Positions 50,545 through 57,117 of a stretch of DNA of 57,117 nt are shown here, one piece after another (positions within the stretch are counted from its first letter, which is position 1; each line of letters begins with the position of its first letter). The notes under the pieces were generated by a model. That model had not been told where the DNA came from. It made no database searches and saw only the letters and a list, made by a program, of their open reading frames with translations. The translations under genes were made by a program, and so were the position numbers. The DNA comes from an uncultured Planctomycetota bacterium (GTDB taxonomy: Bacteria > Planctomycetota > UBA11346), in contig CAIUVD010000253.1 of the NCBI GenBank assembly GCA_903902515.1, positions 1-57,117 on the forward strand, in the 5' to 3' direction.

Positions 50545-51363
50545 ATGTCCAAGGACTTCCCCGCCCGCTCCTACGCCCCCCGCCCCCGCAAGACGGCGGC
50601 GGCCGCCACCGCCTGGGAGAAACCCGCCCAGTGGTACGACAACCTGGTGGGGGCCGAAGGCGATGACTTCTACCAGAAACTGATCCTGCCGACGGTCCTG
50701 AAACGCCTGGACCCCAAGCCCGGTCAAACGGTGCTGGATGTCGCCTGCGGCCAGGGCGTGCTGGGCCGGGTGCTGGCGGCCAAGGGCGTCAAATCCCTGG
50801 GGGTCGATGCCAGCCCAAGCCTGATCGAGTCCGCCCGCACCCGGGCCGGTCCCTTGGAACAGCATGCCGTGGGCGATGCCCGCAAACTCGGGGACGCCGT
50901 GCCCGCCGGCACCCAGGCCGACCACGCGGCCCTGGTCATGTGCCTCCAGGACCTGGACCCCATCGCCCCGGTGCTGTCCGGCACCGCCGCCCTCATCAAA
51001 CGGGGCGGGCGGGTGGTGATCGCCCTCACCCACCCCTGTTTCCGCATCCCCCGCCGCAGTCTGTGGGGCTGGGACGAGGAACAGGGCATGCAGTACCGCC
51101 GTCTCGACGGCTACCTGTCGCCCTTGTCGGTCCCGATCAAAATCCATCCGGGCAAGCCCGAGGACCCGACCCGGACCACCAGTTTCCACCGGCCCATATC
51201 GACCTATCTCAGCGCCCTCGGCGGCGCCGGGCTGGGCGTCATTGCCGCTGACGAACTGTGCAGCCACCGCCGGGGCACCAAGGGCGCCCGCAGCGCCGCC
51301 GAGGACCTGTCAGCCCGGGAGTTCCCGGTTTTCCTGGTGCTGACGGCCGTGCGCCTGGGCTGA
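50545..51363 (+). CDS. Class I SAM-dependent methyltransferase
   Basis: AQWYD, VLDVACGQG, GVDASPSLI, HPCFRIP and FHRPISTY. Confidence 0.9.
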   Translation: MSKDFPARSYAPRPRKTAAAATAWEKPAQWYDNLVGAEGDDFYQKLILPTVLKRLDPKPGQTVLDVACGQGVLGRVLAAKGVKSLGVDASPSLIESARTRAGPLEQHAVGDARKLGDAVPAGTQADHAALVMCLQDLDPIAPVLSGTAALIKRGGRVVIALTHPCFRIPRRSLWGWDEEQGMQYRRLDGYLSPLSVPIKIHPGKPEDPTRTTSFHRPISTYLSALGGAGLGVIAADELCSHRRGTKGARSAAEDLSAREFPVFLVLTAVRLG

Positions 51364-51436
51364 CATCGTCTTTCCCGATGGCTGCGTCTAGCCGACCTTC
51401 CTTGCGGGGCGGGCGGAATCGGCCAAGGGATGGGGT

Positions 51437-52495
51437 ATGAACTCCGTCCCCGCCTCCACCTGGTTCATCGTCCATGCCGCCGGCGAGGAGGGCCCCCTGG
51501 ACCCACCCGCCGTCCGGGCCCGGGTGGCCGATGGCCGCATCGGTCCCACCACGCTCCTGCGCCGGGGGGATCTTGGCCATCCCGTTCCAGCCGCCCAGAT
51601 CCGCGGCCTGCTGCCCAACGTCGTCCAAACGACCAGCAGCATTCGGACGGCCGTGGCGGCGGTGAAGTCGGCGGGACCCCGGCGCGTCACCACCCAGGTC
51701 TTGTCAGTCCTGCCCGCCGGCTCGGCCCCGGACCCGGTGCCCCCGGGCCGGGCGATTGGTAAACCTCGGGTCCTGGCCTTGGGCATTGATGTGCTGCTGG
51801 TCGGGGGCCTGCTGGTGGGACTGCTGCTGGGATCCCTGTCCCTGTGGCAGGGTTCCGGGGATAAGGTCCTGGCCGAGATTGAGGCCCTGCGGGCAGAACA
51901 GTCCGTGGCCGCCGTGGCCAATCGCGGCGACCCCCGGCCGCGCTACGTGGATTGGCCGACCGTCGAGCCGGCCCTGGTCCAGGCCCTGGCGCTCAAGCAG
52001 GCGGCCCTGGCCGCCAAACCCCAGGAGGACGAAGCCCGCCGTCTGCGGGAGGAAATCGCCTACGCCGAACAGCGCCTAACCTTCGAGCGCACCGCCTACG
52101 CCCGGGACCGGGCCCGCATCACCCACGCCGACACCGCCACCCGGCCCATCGGCGCGGTCCTCGTCGGCCTGACGGTCATCCTGGCGGCGGTGGCCATGCC
52201 CCTCATGGAACTGCTGGCCGGGGGCACCCCGGGCAAACTGTTGTTGGGCCTGCGGACCGTCGGCCCCGGTCGGCGGCGGCTGGCACCTGGGGAAGCCTTC
52301 CTTCGCCATGCCGGGCGCTGCCTGCCGGGCATCCACTTCAGCTTGCTGCTGCGGGAAGACGGCCGGGCCACCCATGAGGTCTGGTCACGCACGGAGGTGG
52401 TGCCGGTGGACCAGGTCCGCCTGCGGCCCACCCTCCGCCCGGTGGCGGCACCCGTTGCCCCGGCCAGCGGACGGATGCGGCGGCGGGTGGCCTGA
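51437..52495 (+). CDS. GYF_2 (DUF4339)-like + RDD domain membrane protein
   Basis: N-terminal WF......EEGP..........GRIGPTTLL; RDD-like RVLALGID, GGTPGKLLLGLR and HEVWSRTEVV. Confidence 0.72.
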   Translation: MNSVPASTWFIVHAAGEEGPLDPPAVRARVADGRIGPTTLLRRGDLGHPVPAAQIRGLLPNVVQTTSSIRTAVAAVKSAGPRRVTTQVLSVLPAGSAPDPVPPGRAIGKPRVLALGIDVLLVGGLLVGLLLGSLSLWQGSGDKVLAEIEALRAEQSVAAVANRGDPRPRYVDWPTVEPALVQALALKQAALAAKPQEDEARRLREEIAYAEQRLTFERTAYARDRARITHADTATRPIGAVLVGLTVILAAVAMPLMELLAGGTPGKLLLGLRTVGPGRRRLAPGEAFLRHAGRCLPGIHFSLLLREDGRATHEVWSRTEVVPVDQVRLRPTLRPVAAPVAPASGRMRRRVA

Positions 52496-52608
52496 GGGCC
52501 CCGCCGCTTTTGGCACACCCCGTGCCCCCAACCCTCCGAGCGGACCTCCGCCCCCGGTGACGTGTCGGACTTCCCGACGTGCCGGTGGCGATCCGCGACG
52601 GAGTCCGT

Positions 52609-54684
52609 ATGGCCACCGCCGCTCCCACCGCACCCGCGGTGATGACCTCGCTGCAACGCTTCGCCAAGAAGAGCGAATTGGTATTTGCCCTGGGCGTGGT
52701 CGGCGTGCTGGCCGTCCTGGTCCTACCGATCCCCGGGCCGATCCTGTCGACCCTGATCGCGTTCAATCTGGCCCTGTCCCTGGTCATCCTGCTGGTTTGT
52801 ATCTACGCCAAGAACCCCCTGGAATTCAGCGCCTTTCCCAGCCTGCTGCTGATCACCACCATGCTGCGCCTGGGCCTGAATGTGGCCTCGACGCGCCTGA
52901 TCCTGCTCACCGGGTCTGGTGGCGGCGTGATCGAAACCTTTGGACAGTTTGTGGTTGGGGGGAATTTCATCGTCGGCGTGGTGGTCTTTATCATCCTCCT
53001 CATCATCCAGTTGATCGTGATCACCAAGGGTTCGGGCCGCATTTCGGAAGTCGCGGCGCGCTTCGTATTGGATGCCATGCCCGGCAAGCAGATGGCCATC
53101 GATGCCGACCTCAACGCCGGCTTGATCAGTGAAAAGGACGCCCGGGAACGGCGCGAACGAATTTCGCAAGAGGCCGAGTTCTACGGCTCGATGGACGGTG
53201 CTGGCAAGTTCGTGAAGGGTGACGCCATCGCCGGCCTGATCATCACCATCGTCAATATCGTGGCCGGGTTCATCATCGGCATGACGATGATGAATATGTC
53301 GGCGGCCGACAGCCTGACCCGCTTCACCTTGCTGACCATCGGCGACGGCCTGGTCAGCCAGATCCCCAGCCTGTTCGTCACCATCGGCGCGGGCCTGTTG
53401 GTGACCAAGACCAAGAATGACAGCACCGTCGGCCAGGAATTGGCCGGTGAACTGTTCATTCGCCCCACGGCCATCTATGTCTCGGGTGGGATGATCACGG
53501 CCCTGGGCCTGATCCCCGGCATGCCCCTGCTGCCCTTCGCGATGTTCGGCGGCCTGCTGGCCTTTATCGCCTACCAGTTGCGAGATTCCGAGAGCGAAGG
53601 CGTCGCTGCCAAGGTCCAAGCCGACAAGGCCGCCGAACCCAAGGTCGAGGAAAAACCCGAGGACCTCATCGGCAGCGATCGCCTGGGGGTCGAGATCGGC
53701 TACCGCCTGATCACCCTCGTCGATAAAGAGCGCGGCGGCACCCTCCTCGACCGGGTCACGGCCCTGCGCAAGCAAATCGCCCGGGACAGCGGCCTGATCG
53801 TTCCGCCGATCCGCATCAAGGACAACATCCAGCTGCCCCCCAGTTCCTACCGGATCCTGGTCGGCGGCCAGCAGGTGGCCAATGGCGAACTGCACCACGA
53901 CCGCCTGCTGGCCATCGACGGCGGCGGGGTGGCCGGCCCCGTCCAGGGGATCGACACCAAGGAACCGGCCTTCGGCCTGCCCGCCGTGTGGATCGACACC
54001 AGCCGCCGCACCGAGGCCGAGGGCCTGGGGTGGACGGTCACGGATCCCGCCAGCGTCTTCATCACCCACCTGACCCAGGTCCTCAAGGCCAACGCCGGCC
54101 AGATCCTCAACCGCGAAGACGTGCAGGCGATGCTCAACGCCCTCAAGAAGGAGGCCCCCGTCCTGGTCAAGGACATCGAGGCCAACGCCAAGTTGGGCAC
54201 CGTGCAAAAGGTCATCGCCCACCTGTTGGAGGAGAAGGTCAGCATCGCCAACCTGGAGAAGATCCTGGAAGCCATCGCCGACGCCCCCGGCGGCGACCCG
54301 GCGACCCTGGCCGAGCAGGCCCGCTCGCGCATCGGCCGGGCGGTGGTGTCGCCGTACCTCGGGACCGATGGCCGCTTGATGGCCATCATCCTCGAACCCC
54401 AGACCGAAGCCCGCCTGTCCCAGGCCATGCTGCAAGCCAACCAGGGCGGTGCCCTGGCCATCGCCCCCCAGGAGGCCAGCGGATTGGTCGACCAACTCGG
54501 CAAGGCCCTCCAGGACGCCCAGGCCCAGGGCCACGACCCGGTGTTGCTGACCACCGGCGCCCTCCGCCGCAGCCTGCGCCAAATCAGCGGCCGCTTCTTC
54601 CCCGACCTTGCGGTCGTCTCGTACACCGAACTGGGGTCTTCGACGGCCGTGGAAGTGGTCGGAACCATCGCCCTGTCCAAGTGA
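52609..54684 (+). CDS. flhA: Flagellar export gate protein FlhA
   Basis: FSAFPSLLLITT, ITKGSGRISEVAARFVLDAMPGKQMAIDADL, FYGSMDGA and IGDGLVSQIP; followed by flhF and flhG. Confidence 0.96.
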   Translation: MATAAPTAPAVMTSLQRFAKKSELVFALGVVGVLAVLVLPIPGPILSTLIAFNLALSLVILLVCIYAKNPLEFSAFPSLLLITTMLRLGLNVASTRLILLTGSGGGVIETFGQFVVGGNFIVGVVVFIILLIIQLIVITKGSGRISEVAARFVLDAMPGKQMAIDADLNAGLISEKDARERRERISQEAEFYGSMDGAGKFVKGDAIAGLIITIVNIVAGFIIGMTMMNMSAADSLTRFTLLTIGDGLVSQIPSLFVTIGAGLLVTKTKNDSTVGQELAGELFIRPTAIYVSGGMITALGLIPGMPLLPFAMFGGLLAFIAYQLRDSESEGVAAKVQADKAAEPKVEEKPEDLIGSDRLGVEIGYRLITLVDKERGGTLLDRVTALRKQIARDSGLIVPPIRIKDNIQLPPSSYRILVGGQQVANGELHHDRLLAIDGGGVAGPVQGIDTKEPAFGLPAVWIDTSRRTEAEGLGWTVTDPASVFITHLTQVLKANAGQILNREDVQAMLNALKKEAPVLVKDIEANAKLGTVQKVIAHLLEEKVSIANLEKILEAIADAPGGDPATLAEQARSRIGRAVVSPYLGTDGRLMAIILEPQTEARLSQAMLQANQGGALAIAPQEASGLVDQLGKALQDAQAQGHDPVLLTTGALRRSLRQISGRFFPDLAVVSYTELGSSTAVEVVGTIALSK

Positions 54685-54708
54685 TGCAGGCGATGGAGGC
54701 GATACCTT

Positions 54709-54742
54709 TGCATCAGGGCGGGCCTCGGCCCGCCCTGATGCA
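54709..54742. repeat. Perfect 16-bp inverted repeat between flhA and flhF (possible terminator, attenuator or REP)
   Basis: TGCATCAGGGCGGGCC-TC-GGCCCGCCCTGATGCA followed by TTTCT. Confidence 0.75.
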
Positions 54743-54861
54743 TTTCTGGACCCGGGGATCCCGCCGCACTTGGCACTGTGGTTGCTCCCTTCCTTCCGAC
54801 GCCGCTGCGCGTCCATGACCACGACAGCGCCCCCGGCCTCCCCTGTGAACGGACTCCACCC

Positions 54862-56034
54862 ATGATCGTCAAATCCTACTCCGGCCGGACCATGGCCGAG
54901 GCCCTGGAAAAGGTGAAGAACGACCTCGGCGACCAGGCGCTCATCATCGAGACCCGCACGGTCCGCGAACCAGGGCTGCTCGGTCGTAAGGCGGGCTACG
55001 AGGTGGTCGCCGCCCGCGAGGATGCCTCCGCCGCCCCGGCCCCGGCCCCGCGCTTGGCCCCGGAACCCCAGATCCGCTCCTGGGAAGCCCAGGATTTGGC
55101 CCCCCGGCGCACCCATTCGTCCGGGCAGGCCGCCGCCCTGGCCCAGCGCATGGCTGTGCCGAGTCGTGACGAGGCCCCGACGCCCCCCGGCCTGGAAGAG
55201 GAACTCGCCAGCATTCGCCGCCAACTGTCGCGGCTTGCCGCCGGACAGGGCACGCCCACGGGCCACCTGGGCGAAGACCTGGCCCGGGCTTTTGAAGATG
55301 CGGAGATGCCCGCCGACATCATCGCCGAACTCGACACCGCCTGCGGCAAGGCCGGGGCCCGTCTCGACAAGGCCAAGAAGCCCGAGTTCTGCGGCCTGCT
55401 GCTGGAGCGCGGCCTGCCCAATGTCAGCCCCCTCGACTTCAGCACCTGTAAACGCCTGATGCTGGTCGGCGCCACCGGCGTCGGCAAGACCACCACCATC
55501 GCCAAGATGGCCGGCGATCTGGTGCTGAACCACAAGAAGAAGGTGGCCCTGATCACCATCGACACCTACCGCGTTGGCGCGACCGATCAGTTGCGGGCCT
55601 ACGCCGACCTGCTGTCGATCCCCCTGGAAGTCGCCACCACCCCGGCCCACCTCGGCCGCCTGCTGGAGCAGTTCGCGGGCTATGACCACGTCCTGATCGA
55701 CACCGCCGGCCGCAGCCCTGCCGACGCCACCCGCGTCCATGAATTGAAGGGCTTCTGCCGCGCTGCCCCGGGCATCAGCGTGATGCTGGCCGCCGCCGCC
55801 ACCAACGGCCGGGCCGAGTTCGCTGCCGTCGTCGAACGCTTCAGCATCCTGCCCCTCGAACACGTCGTCATCACCAAACTCGACGAATGCGTCGCCCCCG
55901 GTCGCCTTTACGGCTGCCTGCGCCGCCACCGCCTGCCCGTCCGCCTGGTGACCACCGGCCAGGAAGTCCCCGACGACATCGCCCCCGCCACCCCGGCGAC
56001 CTTTGCCCGCCGGGCGGTGCCGGAGTTTGCGTGA
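54862..56034 (+). CDS. flhF: Flagellar SRP-type GTPase FlhF
   Basis: MAEALEKVKNDLG.ALII.TR, GATGVGKTTTIAK, DTYRVGA, DTAGRS, TKLDE and TGQEVPDDI. Confidence 0.95.
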   Translation: MIVKSYSGRTMAEALEKVKNDLGDQALIIETRTVREPGLLGRKAGYEVVAAREDASAAPAPAPRLAPEPQIRSWEAQDLAPRRTHSSGQAAALAQRMAVPSRDEAPTPPGLEEELASIRRQLSRLAAGQGTPTGHLGEDLARAFEDAEMPADIIAELDTACGKAGARLDKAKKPEFCGLLLERGLPNVSPLDFSTCKRLMLVGATGVGKTTTIAKMAGDLVLNHKKKVALITIDTYRVGATDQLRAYADLLSIPLEVATTPAHLGRLLEQFAGYDHVLIDTAGRSPADATRVHELKGFCRAAPGISVMLAAAATNGRAEFAAVVERFSILPLEHVVITKLDECVAPGRLYGCLRRHRLPVRLVTTGQEVPDDIAPATPATFARRAVPEFA

Positions 56035-56057
56035 GGCTCGCTGTCGCTCGCATCCGA

Positions 56058-56183
56058 GGTCCGGGGTCCGGGGTCCGGGGTCCGGGGTCAAAGACAAAAT
56101 CGGTGATGGGCCCCCAACGCCGGGACTATTCCCACGCACCGGATTTCGCAGGACCCCGGACCCCGGACCCCGGACCCCGGACC
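56058..56183. repeat. 126-bp palindromic element: (TCCGGGG)4 arm, 62-bp core, (CCCCGGA)4 arm; copy 1
   Basis: Perfect 32-bp inverted arms at 56058-56089 and 56152-56183. Confidence 0.92.
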
Positions 56184-56209
56184 GCTGACGACCGGGCAAG
56201 AGGCCCCCG

Positions 56210-57007
56210 ATGAACGACCAAGCCCAACGCCTCCGCGATGCGGTAAAGGCCAGTGGCCCCCGGCTGCCCGCCTTGGCGGTGACCGGCGGCAAGGGTGGAG
56301 TCGGCAAGACCTGCGTGGCGGTCAACCTGGCGGTGCTGCTGGCCAAGGCCGGGCTGAAGCCCCTGCTGGTGGATATCGACCTGGGCCTGGCCAACGCCGA
56401 CATTCTCCTTGGTGTGAATCCCGAAAAAACCCTGGGGGACGTATTGGCCGGGGCGGTGCCCATGACCCAAGCGGTGGCCAAGACTTCCTATGGGCTGGAC
56501 CTCTTGCCGGCGGCCAGCGGGGTCGAGGAATTGGCTCGCCTGACGCCGGAACGTCTGACGGGCCTGATCGACGGCCTCGGCCGCGTGGCGGCGGACTACG
56601 ATCTACTCATCCTCGATACTCCAGCGGGCATCGGCCGCGAAGTCATGGCCAGCCTGGCCGCCGCCAAAATCGTCCTGGTGGTCCTGACCCCGGATCCCAC
56701 GGCCCTGACGGATGCCTACGCCCTGATCAAGGTCCTGGACGCCCAAAGTCCCGGCAAAGACATCCGCATCCTGGTCAACCAGGCCGCCACCGCCCACGAA
56801 GGCCAGGCCGTTTTCGCCCGCCTCCAGGCGGTCGCCCGCAAACACCTGCGCCGGGAACTGACCTACGTCGGCGACCTCCCCCGGGATCCCGCGGTGGTCG
56901 AAAGCGTCCGCCGCCGCAAACCCTTCGCCGCTGGTGTCACGGATAGCCCAGCCCTGGCAGCCCTGCGTCCCATCGCGGCCCGGTTCAAAGGCGAACGCTG
57001 GCGGTAG
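56210..57007 (+). CDS. flhG: MinD-like flagellar number regulator FlhG/FleN
   Basis: MNDQAQRLR N-terminus, TGGKGGVGKT, DIDLGLAN, LDTPAGI, PDPTALTDAYALIK and LVNQ. Confidence 0.93.
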   Translation: MNDQAQRLRDAVKASGPRLPALAVTGGKGGVGKTCVAVNLAVLLAKAGLKPLLVDIDLGLANADILLGVNPEKTLGDVLAGAVPMTQAVAKTSYGLDLLPAASGVEELARLTPERLTGLIDGLGRVAADYDLLILDTPAGIGREVMASLAAAKIVLVVLTPDPTALTDAYALIKVLDAQSPGKDIRILVNQAATAHEGQAVFARLQAVARKHLRRELTYVGDLPRDPAVVESVRRRKPFAAGVTDSPALAALRPIAARFKGERWR

Positions 57008-57023
57008 AGGGCCTTCGGCCCTG

Positions 57024-57117
57024 TCCGGGGTCCGGGGTCCGGGGTCCGGGGTCAAAGACAGGATCGGTGACGGGTCGTCAACGCCGGTACCATTCCCACG
57101 CCCCGGACTTTACGGGA
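57024..57117. repeat. Second copy of the heptamer-armed element, truncated by the window end
   Basis: (TCCGGGG)4-TC, then a 62-bp core matching copy 1 at 49 of 62 positions by manual count, then GA, the start of the right arm. Confidence 0.9.

Noticed and set aside
52609-54684. FlhA homolog as injectisome SctV
   Set aside because: The adjacent flhF and flhG identify it as flagellar.
52723-56481. 1252-aa minus-strand ORF, and similar long ORFs such as 46873..49230, 16362..17456 and 23743..24963
   Set aside because: These are antisense shadows of well-supported genes in high-GC DNA, with no recognisable motifs.
56058-57117. Repeats near flhG as a CRISPR array
   Set aside because: The arms are inverted tandem heptamers and the two cores are homologous to each other rather than unique spacers. 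No cas genes are present.

Overview
GC-rich bacterial genomic DNA, most plausibly from a flagellated Planctomycetota/PVC-type diderm. This is an inference from the prepilin + H-X9-DG proteins, the fused lpxC-fabZ and flhA-flhF-flhG. The GC-rich backbone carries an SDR/TetR/AKR block, a YbjT-like oxidoreductase, a DAACS symporter, thiD, a pspA/AAA+/membrane protein/SBP-OmpA operon, bioA, mobA, an HtrA-like protease, skp-lpxD-lpxC/fabZ, a MoxR/DUF58/SpoIIM/RDD cluster and flhAFG. It is interrupted by visibly less GC-rich blocks (about 1-7.6 kb, 21.7-27.5 kb and 34.2-42.4 kb) encoding large secreted polysaccharide-lyase-like proteins. Main observations: (1) four unrelated secreted proteins end in the same C-terminal signal, a Gly/Ser linker then C-G-[SA]-G, a TM helix and an Arg cluster, which suggests a lineage-specific 'CGxG-CTERM' surface-sorting system; (2) an anchor-less heparinase-like enzyme is translationally coupled to an enzyme-less anchor protein, and their termini look like two halves of one Ig/PKD-like domain; (3) a PspA (ESCRT-III superfamily) gene is coupled to a classical AAA+ ATPase and an orphan binding protein-OmpA fusion; (4) there are several palindromic elements, one in-frame inside a gene and a heptamer-armed element on both sides of flhG. 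I recognised no rRNA, tRNA, CRISPR array, transposase or integrase. All family assignments are from motif recognition by eye, not database searches.
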